DNA from: an uncultured bacterium
GTDB lineage: Bacteria; Krumholzibacteriota; Krumholzibacteriia; LZORAL124-64-63
NCBI GenBank assembly: GCA_963727525.1
Contig: CAVSGO010000006.1
Location: forward strand, 314,182 to 378,181
Reading direction: 5' to 3'
Length of the DNA stretch: 64,000 bases
Shown: positions 18,033 to 26,832 of the stretch, piece by piece
Numbering within the stretch: position 1 is the stretch's first letter
How the letters are laid out: every line of letters begins with the position of its first letter
Made by a program: the position numbers and the translations under genes
Notes under the pieces: model-generated
The model's database searches: none
What the model was told of the DNA's origin: nothing
Seen by the model: only the letters and a program-made list of their open reading frames with translations

Positions 18033-19790
18033 CTATTTCACCATCATCATCGTCCGCGTCTGCACCCGCTGCGGCGTGCGCACCTGGAACAGGTAGCCGC
18101 CGCTGGGCTGGCGACGGCCCGTGTCGTCGGTGCCGTCCCACCGGACCTGGTAGTGGTCGGCGGGGAGGTCGCGGGCCAGCAGCGTGCGCACGAGGCGCCC
18201 GCTGACGTCGTAGACCCGGACCTCGACGCGCGACGCCACCGGCAGGTCGAACGCGAGGGTCGTGAGCGGATTGAAGGGATTCGGGTACGCGTCGTACACG
18301 TGGAACGCGTCCGGCAGGGTGGGCTGCGGCGTGGTGTCGCCACCTTCCACGGCCACGGGTTCGACTCCCAGCGTGCCGTCGATGTTCACGCTCTGGCCGT
18401 AGACGTCGGGCGTGCCGTTGCGACTGTCTTCCCACAGGATGATCGCGTTGCCGGCATCCGCGATGGCCAGCGGCAGGCGCGACTTGGAGCTGAGCACCGA
18501 CGATACGAGGATCGGCGAACCGGGCCACACCTGGTTGCCGTCGCCGTCGAGCATCATACCCAGCAGGCGATCCTGGTTGAAGCCGCCACCCGGCTCGTCG
18601 GCATAGAAGACCATGCAGCCGTCGCCCACCGCGCCGGCGCGCGGATACGACTTGTAGGTCGCGTCGACCGGCAGCAGCACGGCGCCCGTGCCGCCCCATT
18701 GCCGCGCGCCCGCTGTGTCGAATTTCTGGGCCAGGATGCCCCACTGCGACTGCGCGGTGTTGCGCTCGTTCCAGGCCACGAAGGTCTCGCCCGTGTTGCG
18801 GTTGTAGGCAAGGGCGGGGTCGAGGTGGTTGGTGGCGCTGCTCGTGGACACGGTCACGCCGTTGTGCGCCCAGAGCTCGTTGCCGTCGGCGTCGAGGTGC
18901 TGGACGTAGGAGTTGAAGACCGTCGTCGGCGCGCTGTGCCAGCAGATCACCGCGCCGCCCATGCCGTCGGCCTGCTCGCGCGGCCAGTGGGCGATGGGCA
19001 CCGACGTGGCGTCGTACACGGCTACCGGGCCCCAGACCACGGAGCCGTCGGCCGCGAACCGCGCCGCGTGCACGTGCCGCGGGCTGAGGAAGCTGCCGAT
19101 GTCCCGGACATACGAGCAGATCACGGAGCCGTCATCAGCGGGCACGAGCTGTGCGAAGCCGGGTTTCTCGGTACCCGGCTGCAGCACCGCGAGGCCGCCG
19201 GCGGCGAAGCGCAGCGTGCCCGCGGGAGTCACGCGCTGCATCATCAGACTGCCGCCACCCGAGTCCGGCAGGCGGGCCCACAGGAAGACGAGATCGCCGT
19301 CGCTGGCCTGCGTCACCACGGGCGAGGGCTCGTAGTCGTCGTTGGACGACAGCGTGATGCCGTCCGGTCCCCAGAGGAACGCGCCGTCGCCGCCGATGCG
19401 GTAGCCGAAGACGTCGAGGTCGCTGCCGTCGCGCGCGTCGGTGAAGACGAGCACGGCCGCGCCATCGGTATCGGCGGTCAGGTCCCAGTCGACGAGCGAC
19501 GAGAGTTGCGTGTGGTCGCTCACGAGGATCCCGTTGTGGGCCCACAATTCGAACCCGTCGACGTTGAGATGCTGCAGGTAGACCTCGTAGGCGCCGTTGC
19601 GATTGTCGAACCAGCCCACGTAGCAACCGCCGTCAGGCGTGGTCGCCACCTTGGGCAGGATCTGCTCGCCCGCGCCGTCGGCGATGGCGAGGTTCACGGC
19701 AGGATCGGTGGGCCACTGGGCCAACGCGGTGCCGCCGAGAACGAGACTTGCGATCAGAATCGAGAAACCCGCGGCTTTCGCCCTGGACAT
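18033..19790 (-). CDS. secreted repeat (probable beta-propeller) protein with C-terminal FlgD-Ig/T9SS-like domain
   Basis: Signal peptide; repeated 'Y.Q.L..DG..LW..NG' units; C-terminal 'YPNPFNP.T..FDLP...YDVSGRLVRTL...WDGTD..G'; GGAGG RBS. Confidence 0.88.
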   Translation of the reverse strand: MSRAKAAGFSILIASLVLGGTALAQWPTDPAVNLAIADGAGEQILPKVATTPDGGCYVGWFDNRNGAYEVYLQHLNVDGFELWAHNGILVSDHTQLSSLVDWDLTADTDGAAVLVFTDARDGSDLDVFGYRIGGDGAFLWGPDGITLSSNDDYEPSPVVTQASDGDLVFLWARLPDSGGGSLMMQRVTPAGTLRFAAGGLAVLQPGTEKPGFAQLVPADDGSVICSYVRDIGSFLSPRHVHAARFAADGSVVWGPVAVYDATSVPIAHWPREQADGMGGAVICWHSAPTTVFNSYVQHLDADGNELWAHNGVTVSTSSATNHLDPALAYNRNTGETFVAWNERNTAQSQWGILAQKFDTAGARQWGGTGAVLLPVDATYKSYPRAGAVGDGCMVFYADEPGGGFNQDRLLGMMLDGDGNQVWPGSPILVSSVLSSKSRLPLAIADAGNAIILWEDSRNGTPDVYGQSVNIDGTLGVEPVAVEGGDTTPQPTLPDAFHVYDAYPNPFNPLTTLAFDLPVASRVEVRVYDVSGRLVRTLLARDLPADHYQVRWDGTDDTGRRQPSGGYLFQVRTPQRVQTRTMMMVK

Positions 19791-19989
19791 GGCCGCCTCC
19801 TCTTGCAAGAAACCTGAATCAATTCTCCGCGCCGTGGCGCAACGCCGTATGATACCACAAATGACGATAAACGGGGTCTCGTGATTCCGGCGCCCGCGAG
19901 GTTTCATTCCTGGCTCCCGCGCCGTACCTTTAGAGCGTCCTGGTCGCCGCACGCCCGGCGTCCGACCAGGCTGCGGGAGCAGAATCGCT

Positions 19990-22479
19990 GTGCGGAAAGT
20001 CGTTGTCGTCATTTCGTTTGTCGTGGTCGTCCTGCTCGGATGGTTCGCTGGTTGCGGGCCGGAATCCGAGCTGGGTGGCGCCGCGCTACCCAATCGGGCC
20101 CCTGATACCCGCATCACGGCGTCGCCCCCCGATCCCAGCGAGACGAGCTGTACCGTCAGCTTCGCCTGGTTCGGCAACGACCCCGACGGCTTCGTCAAGG
20201 GGTTCGAGTGGCGTCTGAGCGACAACGGCGACGACGGCATCAGCGTTCAGGACACGGTCACCGTGGACCCTGTCAGCGGCGCCCTCCTGCATCCCTGGCA
20301 CTACACGACAGGCCCCGAGACCACCCTGGTCGTCTCGGCGCCTCTCGACAGCTTCCCCGGCGATCCCCCCGGCATCGTGCGCAGCTATCAGACCCACACG
20401 TTCTTCGTGCGCTCCATGGACGACGCGGGTGCCACCGATCCCTCGCCGGCCAGCATCAGCTTCACGACGACCACGCTCATCCCGACGGCCGTGGTCGAGC
20501 TGCCCATCGCCAGCGCCGCCGAGCCGTCCGCGGTCGCGAAGACGGTGGGTTTTCGCTACGACGGCGTGGATGCGGATTTCGAGACGGGCCGCCCGACCCG
20601 GGTGCGCTTCCTCTTCAAGCCGGCTGTATTTCCGGATGGTAGGCAAGCGACCTCGCGCGCCGACATCGTTCGCGATATCGATTTCTTCGCATCGTTCAGC
20701 GACTCGAGCTGGTCGGACTGGCGGCCGTTCGCGGCCGACCCAGCCCGACGCACGGTGTCCTTTCCCGGCTTTCCCGCACAGGATCCTAACGGCCGGCGCC
20801 TCTACTATCTCTTCTTCATCCAGACGCAGGACACCACCGGCGCCGTCAGCATCAATCGACGGTACGGGCAGAATCTCCGCCACTTCTTCATCTCCGAGAG
20901 CGCACCGTCGGTCTCGCTCAACGAAACCTACCTCGGGACTCGTCAAGGCGCGGGAGAGGATCTCCTGGTCGACTTCGATATCGCGGTGGGGCAGGAACTC
21001 AACTTCAGCTGGTCGGCGTCGGCCGAAGCCTACGTCGGGGAGATCCGATCCTATCGCTACGGTTGGGACGTCACGGATCCCCACGATCCGTTCGATCCCC
21101 ACTGGGCCATCGCGCCGGGCCTGACCTCGCGCCACCGCATGGCGCCCTCCCGGGCATTCACCTCCGGCGTGCACACCCTCACGGTCGAGGTGCGGGACAA
21201 TGCTGATCAGGTGGCGAGGATCACGGCGCGGCTCAACGTCGTGCCTGTGCCCGATCTGGTCGACCGTCACAGTGTCGTGATCGTGGATGACGTGTACGAT
21301 CGTACGAGTAATGCCTGGCCCGCGATCGACGGCAGGCCTCTCGACAACGATCGCTATCGCGATGCGTTCTGGCGGGCGGCGCTCGGCGGGGCCGGAGGCG
21401 TCTTCGACTTCATTCCGGGACGCGACGAATTCGATGCCGAGGTCAGTGATCCCTCGCTTCGGGATATCGTCAATTATCGCTGCGTGATATGGACGACACG
21501 CTGGTCGACCTGGCCGGCCAGCTACGTCGCGCGCGGATTCCGGACCAACTCCTTCGATACCGAGCGCTACAACTGGCTGTTCAACTACCAGGACACGATC
21601 GGCAACGTGTTTCTCTGCGCGTCACGCGGCATGGACGCGTTCCTCAAGTCCACGACGCAATATGCCACGCCGATCATCTTCGAGACCACCGAGGGCGATG
21701 CGCACGGCTACAGCGGCGACCTGCGAGTCGGCTTCGGGCAACGCACCGCCATCGACGGCACCACGTTCTTCGCTGGTCCGACCCGTTATCCGTACACCGC
21801 CTGGGGCATCGCCACGCTCGATTTCATGTCGCCGACCAACAACTACGTGATTTACGGTTCCGATCCGGAAGTGTCCGTACGAACCGGACGCCAGTCGTCT
21901 TGCGCCTCCACGAAGGGCCTGATCATCGATCCCGACTTCGCGGCGCGCTATATGCCGTCGGGCGTCGCCTTCGCCGAGACGACACTGGCCAGCACCCAGA
22001 TCGAATGGCGCGATCTTTCGCCGAGCTATTACGACAACCTCAATGTCAACTATGCGTGGGGCAACACGGAGTTCTACGACCAGGTGATCACGCATCGCAA
22101 CACCGCCTGGCACGCGCAGGTGTGCCCGGGCGCGCCCGGTGATCGGTGCGTCGAGCCCATGTTCCGGTCCCTCGCACGCTTCGACTGGATCCGCGCGCAA
22201 CACCGGCGCGTCGATCCGGACGACACCTGGCCGGACGGATATTATACCGTCCCCATAGCGAGCCTTTGCGGACCCTACGCTCTGAACTACGATGGGACCT
22301 CGGCGGCGACGAGCGGATTGACCGTGGGCTTCGTGTCTCACCGACTGGAAGCCCGCAAGCCCACCGGGGTCGGCGATGTCATGTGGGGATTCGATCCGTA
22401 TCGATTCGATTCGGGCGAGATCATCAAGGCCGTGCAGTGGGTCCTCGGCGAGCACTTCAATCTGCCCATGCGTCCCTAG
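19990..22479 (+). CDS. large hypothetical lipoprotein with Ig/FN3-like repeats
   Basis: Lipobox 'FAGC'; 'NRAPDTRIT', 'HTFFVRSMD', 'HTLTVEVRD' strands. Confidence 0.8.
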   Translation: MRKVVVVISFVVVVLLGWFAGCGPESELGGAALPNRAPDTRITASPPDPSETSCTVSFAWFGNDPDGFVKGFEWRLSDNGDDGISVQDTVTVDPVSGALLHPWHYTTGPETTLVVSAPLDSFPGDPPGIVRSYQTHTFFVRSMDDAGATDPSPASISFTTTTLIPTAVVELPIASAAEPSAVAKTVGFRYDGVDADFETGRPTRVRFLFKPAVFPDGRQATSRADIVRDIDFFASFSDSSWSDWRPFAADPARRTVSFPGFPAQDPNGRRLYYLFFIQTQDTTGAVSINRRYGQNLRHFFISESAPSVSLNETYLGTRQGAGEDLLVDFDIAVGQELNFSWSASAEAYVGEIRSYRYGWDVTDPHDPFDPHWAIAPGLTSRHRMAPSRAFTSGVHTLTVEVRDNADQVARITARLNVVPVPDLVDRHSVVIVDDVYDRTSNAWPAIDGRPLDNDRYRDAFWRAALGGAGGVFDFIPGRDEFDAEVSDPSLRDIVNYRCVIWTTRWSTWPASYVARGFRTNSFDTERYNWLFNYQDTIGNVFLCASRGMDAFLKSTTQYATPIIFETTEGDAHGYSGDLRVGFGQRTAIDGTTFFAGPTRYPYTAWGIATLDFMSPTNNYVIYGSDPEVSVRTGRQSSCASTKGLIIDPDFAARYMPSGVAFAETTLASTQIEWRDLSPSYYDNLNVNYAWGNTEFYDQVITHRNTAWHAQVCPGAPGDRCVEPMFRSLARFDWIRAQHRRVDPDDTWPDGYYTVPIASLCGPYALNYDGTSAATSGLTVGFVSHRLEARKPTGVGDVMWGFDPYRFDSGEIIKAVQWVLGEHFNLPMRP

Positions 22480-22489
22480 TCCCGGCCGG

Positions 22490-24160
22490 CTAGCGTGTGG
22501 CCATGGTCGGGTGTTTATCGTGGAACCCCGTCGCGCCCTCATAGGCCCTCGCCACCTCCAGCAACGTGGCCTCGTCGTACAGGCGTCCGATGAATGTGAG
22601 GCTGTGAGGCTGAGCCGGTGCCGTGAAGCCGTCCGGGAGCACCACGCACGGGTGACCGGTCAGGTTCGTCACCAGCAGGTTCGCACCGCCGAAGGCTGGA
22701 GACACGTACACGTCGACCGTGTCCATCACCTTGCCCATGGCCTGCACGAGTTGCCAGCGGGCGCGATTGGCCTGCAGGTAGGACACGGCGGGGATCAGTT
22801 GCGCCGTGCGGAACACGTTGGGCCAGGCGCTGCGGATCTGGCGGACGAGCAAGGAGTCGCGGCCCGAGGCCGTGAGCTCGTCGAAGGCGGCGGCGGCTTC
22901 GGCCGAGAGGATGAGGCCGAGGGGGGCGACGGCGCTGTCCGGCAAGGCGATGGGGATCATCCGCGCGCCCAGGCCCCGCAGCACCTCGAGGGCGGCCCGG
23001 TCGAGGTCGCGCCCCGGGTCGTTCTCGTCGAAAGCCGCGGCGAGGTAGCCGATGCGCAGGCTCGCGAGATCGACCCTGGGTCGGTAGGCGAATGGCAGGT
23101 CGACCACGGTCTGGTCGCGGCCGTCGGGGCCGCGGATCACGTCGAAGACCATCGCGCAGTCTTCCACCGAACGGGCGATCGGTCCCGGCTTGTCCATCGT
23201 CCAGCTCAGCGCCATGGCGCCGGCGCGACTCACGCGGCCGAACGTCGGGCGCAGGCCCGTACAGCCGCAGCGCGTGCTGGGAGACACGATGGAGCCGAGG
23301 GTTTCGGTGCCCAGTGCGAAGGGGACGAGTCCGGCGGCCACGGCGGCAGCCGAGCCGGCGGACGAGCCGCTCGAGCCTTGCTCGAGGTTCCAGGGATTGC
23401 GCGTCATGCCGCCGAACCACACGTCGCCCCAGGCGAGGGCGCCCAGCGTGAGCTTGGCCACGAGCACGGCGCCGGCGTCCTCGAGCTTGCGGATGACGGT
23501 GGCGGTGTCGTCGAGCGTCTGGTCGCGGAAGGGGGCGGCGCCCCACGTGGTGGGGTAGCCGGGATACGCGAAGAGGTCCTTGGCTCCGAACGGGATGCCG
23601 TGCAGCGGACCGCGGTAGTGCCCCGCTGCGATCTCGGTGTCGGCGCGGGCCGCGGCCGCGAGGGCATGGTCCTCGGTGAGGGTGATGACGCACTCGAGAC
23701 GTGGGCCGTAGCGCTTCAGGCGCTCGAGGCTGAGGCGGGTCAGCTCCACGGACGTGACCTGCCGTGTCGCGATCAGCCTCGCGAGCTGGCCGATGCTCGC
23801 GAACGCGAGGGAGTCGAGGTTGGCGGGTCGCGTCACCGCGCCCGGGTTGCTCCATCGCGACTCGCCGGTGGCCAGGTAGGCGCGCGGGTCGCAGCCGCGG
23901 GGGAGCGGCTGGAAGAACGTGGCGGGCGGCACGTCGTTGGGGATCGCCAGTGCGCGCAGCGCCAGAGTGGCCTCGAGCTGGTCGACGAGATCGGGCAGCA
24001 TCGTGTCGATCTCGGCGTCGGTGAGCGCGAGACCGGCGATGGCCGTGGCGGTCTCGCGAACCTGCGCACGCGTAAACGTCGTGTCCGCCGGCGCGGCGTG
24101 CACCGTGGCCGACGTGCCGAGAGTGAGCAGGAAGGCGAGACCCGTGAGCCAGACACGCAT
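22490..24160 (-). CDS. secreted amidase-signature enzyme
   Basis: 'LHGIPFGAKD', 'GSSGSSAGS', 'GTETLGSIVSPS.RCG..GLRPT'; signal peptide. Confidence 0.93.
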   Translation of the reverse strand: MRVWLTGLAFLLTLGTSATVHAAPADTTFTRAQVRETATAIAGLALTDAEIDTMLPDLVDQLEATLALRALAIPNDVPPATFFQPLPRGCDPRAYLATGESRWSNPGAVTRPANLDSLAFASIGQLARLIATRQVTSVELTRLSLERLKRYGPRLECVITLTEDHALAAAARADTEIAAGHYRGPLHGIPFGAKDLFAYPGYPTTWGAAPFRDQTLDDTATVIRKLEDAGAVLVAKLTLGALAWGDVWFGGMTRNPWNLEQGSSGSSAGSAAAVAAGLVPFALGTETLGSIVSPSTRCGCTGLRPTFGRVSRAGAMALSWTMDKPGPIARSVEDCAMVFDVIRGPDGRDQTVVDLPFAYRPRVDLASLRIGYLAAAFDENDPGRDLDRAALEVLRGLGARMIPIALPDSAVAPLGLILSAEAAAAFDELTASGRDSLLVRQIRSAWPNVFRTAQLIPAVSYLQANRARWQLVQAMGKVMDTVDVYVSPAFGGANLLVTNLTGHPCVVLPDGFTAPAQPHSLTFIGRLYDEATLLEVARAYEGATGFHDKHPTMATR

Positions 24161-24295
24161 GGTCGACGACTCCTCGTTGGCGGCGAAACCCCGTGGCCAC
24201 CAGTATGGTGGAGGTAGGTACCCATCTTCCGGTGGCTGGTGTCATCCTGGCAAGACCAAGTTGTGGTCGAGGTCGCGATCGACGGAGGTGTGATC

Positions 24296-24757
24296 ATGCA
24301 GATCCGGACAATCCTGTGTCCCACCGATTTCTCGGAGCCGGCCGACCACGCGCTCGCGGAGGCTGCGGGGCTGGCGCGGCAGTTCGGCGCGCGGCTGATC
24401 CTCGCGCATGTGATCGAGCCCGTGCCCATGCTGCCCTCGCCCCAGGTGGGGACGGTCCCGGCCTTCGATGTCGGCGCATACAGCGCGCTCATGCGCGAGA
24501 CCGCCACGAAGCATCTGCAGGAACGGATCGAGGCGTGGCGAGCGGACGGGGTCGAGATCGTGGATCGCCTCGGCGAGGGGCTGGTGGCCGACACCATCTG
24601 CGATCTGGCGACGAGCGAACACGTCGATCTCATCGTGATCGCCACGCATGGTCGCTCGGGATGGAAACGTCTGATCTTCGGCTCCGTGGCGGACAAGATC
24701 GTACGGCACGCCGCGTGCCCCGTGCTCACGATCAAGGAGCCGCGCCACCCTGAATAG
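24296..24757 (+). CDS. universal stress protein (UspA family)
   Basis: 'ILCPTDFS', 'DLIVIATHGRSG...GSVADKIVRHA.CPVL'. Confidence 0.95.
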   Translation: MQIRTILCPTDFSEPADHALAEAAGLARQFGARLILAHVIEPVPMLPSPQVGTVPAFDVGAYSALMRETATKHLQERIEAWRADGVEIVDRLGEGLVADTICDLATSEHVDLIVIATHGRSGWKRLIFGSVADKIVRHAACPVLTIKEPRHPE

Positions 24758-24871
24758 CGATCCACGCGAGGACCCGAGCGGCAGAAACGTTCCATTGCAC
24801 GGCCCGGCTATGATACCATGAGCGCGTTCGTCCCGTGTCGTCCGTCGGAGCCCCGCCAAAGGAGCCATCTC

Positions 24872-25594
24872 ATGCGTCTCGTTCAAGTCGCCGTTTGCGG
24901 GCTACTCATCCTCCTGATCACCGGCAACGCAGCGGCCGCGGTGCCGGCTGTCGGTTTCGACGTCGCCCATGCCCAGGGTGTGAATTATTACTTCACGAAC
25001 TTCTTCGCCAACCAGGTGCTCGGCAACGTCTTTACGGTGGTGGGCGATCACGACCTCATCGTCACCGAGCTGGGCGCCTTCGACATGAATCCCGACAATG
25101 AGCCGTTCTGGGATCCGGAGAATCCCACCCACGCCGAGAACGGTTTCAAGTACCACCATGCGGTGGCGATCTTCGACCGACCTTCGATGACGAAGCTGGC
25201 CGAGGTCCTGCTGCCGGCGGGCACCGACGCGCCGATCCGCGATGAGGGCTATCGCTACCTACCACTGGACGAGCAACTCGTGCTCCAGGTAGGGCACACG
25301 TACGTGCTCGCGGCGTGGTGGGCGGCCGACGGTATCGACACCGGCGGCATGGACACGTTCTATCTGATCGGGACGTCGCCGACCGAGATTCCCACGCCGC
25401 TGGACGTGAATCCGAGCATCTCGATCACCGACGGTTGCTTCAACCCGAACGCGGGCGACGGCTCCGTGGTGGATGCGCCGTTCATCTTCAACATGTTCTG
25501 GGGCCTGTATGCCGGCGGCGCGAACTTCCTAATGGAGGAGCCCACGGCGATCGAGCCGCAGACCTGGGGCGCCGTCAAGACCCTGTTCAACTAG
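24872..25594 (+). CDS. secreted protein (DUF4082-like beta-sandwich) with C-terminal 'TWGAVKTLFN' tail
   Basis: Signal peptide ending AAA; 'LGNVFTV...VTELGAFD', 'YRYLPL..L.L..G.TYVLAA'; AAGGAG RBS. Confidence 0.75.
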   Translation: MRLVQVAVCGLLILLITGNAAAAVPAVGFDVAHAQGVNYYFTNFFANQVLGNVFTVVGDHDLIVTELGAFDMNPDNEPFWDPENPTHAENGFKYHHAVAIFDRPSMTKLAEVLLPAGTDAPIRDEGYRYLPLDEQLVLQVGHTYVLAAWWAADGIDTGGMDTFYLIGTSPTEIPTPLDVNPSISITDGCFNPNAGDGSVVDAPFIFNMFWGLYAGGANFLMEEPTAIEPQTWGAVKTLFN

Positions 25595-25603
25595 GCCGCG
25601 GGG

Positions 25604-26662
25604 TCAGGGCGCCGAGGATGCGAGGATCTTCCGCAGGTGGGGAATGAGCGCCGCCGCATAGGCCGCGTGGGCCCGCCGCGACGGGTGCGCGTCATCGGGA
25701 AGGTTGCGGTAGCCGGGTCGCAGCAGATCGACGGCGATGTCCACGGTGTCGATGCCGGCGGCAGCGCAATCGCGCAGGGTGCGCCGGGTCGCACGGTCGT
25801 CGAGGATGCCGGCGAGGACGAAGGCGATACCCTCGCGCCGGCAGCGCTCCTGGAAGGCGCGGACGATGGCCTCGTTCACGCGCCGGCTATGGCGATGGAG
25901 ATGGTCTTCCACGCGATCGAGCAGATGCTCGAGAGCCGCGCTCAGGGCGGAGACAGCGGCGAACGGCAGCGGATGATAGTGGGGCAGGTCGCGGACGACG
26001 CGGAAGCCGTCGTTCGTGGCCACGGCCCGTGGGAGGCCCTCTTCCAGTTCCCGCCGCGTGGGCTGGAGCGATCGCGACCACTCCCGGGTCCAGGTGTTGC
26101 GCCCGTCGTGGAATGACGCGTAGGCGAGCACCACGGCCACCGGCGTCTCGCCGGCCGCGAGCGCCTCCTGGAAGCGCAGCCAGCAGGCGAGCGTGCCATA
26201 GCCGCCCACGCCGAAGTTGCGCACGTCGTGGCGGGGCAGGGCGGACTGGACGAGCCAGGGAAACGTGTGCTCGTCGTCCACCGACCAGCCGTGCGTGAAC
26301 GAGCCACCCATGATCCAGATCTGCGGCAGCGAGTCGCGGCTCGCCTCGCCGGGGGGGCGCGTCCAGCGCAACCCGTCGCTGCTGTGGTGGATGGTCACGT
26401 CGCGTCCCGACGGGTAGTGGACGACGAAGGTTCCCGGACCGTAGCGGCAACCAGCAGCCGCGTCGGACACGAACAGGGGGGCGGACGACTCGATCGTGAA
26501 ACCGCCGTCAGCGTCGGCTCCCGGCGCCGGCGCGAAGCCGAGCGCGCGCAGAACGAATTCCGCACCCACCAGCATGACCACCAGGACGCCGCCCGCGAGC
26601 AGCACGCGACGTCGCCATCCGTCCGTGGCGTGTGCTTGGTGTGGAGGTCTCGTCGTGACCAT
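25604..26662 (-). CDS. SGNH/GDSL hydrolase with N-terminal membrane anchor
   Basis: 'MGGSFTHG', 'NFGVGGYG', 'DAHP'; TM segment ending 'GAEFVLR'. Confidence 0.85.
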   Translation of the reverse strand: MVTTRPPHQAHATDGWRRRVLLAGGVLVVMLVGAEFVLRALGFAPAPGADADGGFTIESSAPLFVSDAAAGCRYGPGTFVVHYPSGRDVTIHHSSDGLRWTRPPGEASRDSLPQIWIMGGSFTHGWSVDDEHTFPWLVQSALPRHDVRNFGVGGYGTLACWLRFQEALAAGETPVAVVLAYASFHDGRNTWTREWSRSLQPTRRELEEGLPRAVATNDGFRVVRDLPHYHPLPFAAVSALSAALEHLLDRVEDHLHRHSRRVNEAIVRAFQERCRREGIAFVLAGILDDRATRRTLRDCAAAGIDTVDIAVDLLRPGYRNLPDDAHPSRRAHAAYAAALIPHLRKILASSAP

Positions 26663-26757
26663 GCTGGCGTCTCCGCGGGGCGGGAGCGGGATGGCGTGTG
26701 CGAGTAGCATCGGCGCAGGCGCCGCGCCCGTCAACGCCAGAACCCGCCGGAAATGCG

Positions 26758-26791
26758 GACGCCGGGCCGGCGAAGTGCCGGGCCCGGCGTC
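26758..26791 (-). terminator. GC-rich hairpin after the S8 gene
   Basis: Inverted repeat GACGCCGGGCC...GGCCCGGCGTC. Confidence 0.55.
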
Positions 26792-26832
26792 GTGGACGGG
26801 TCGCGCGCGTGGCGCAGCGCCCGGTTGCGGCG

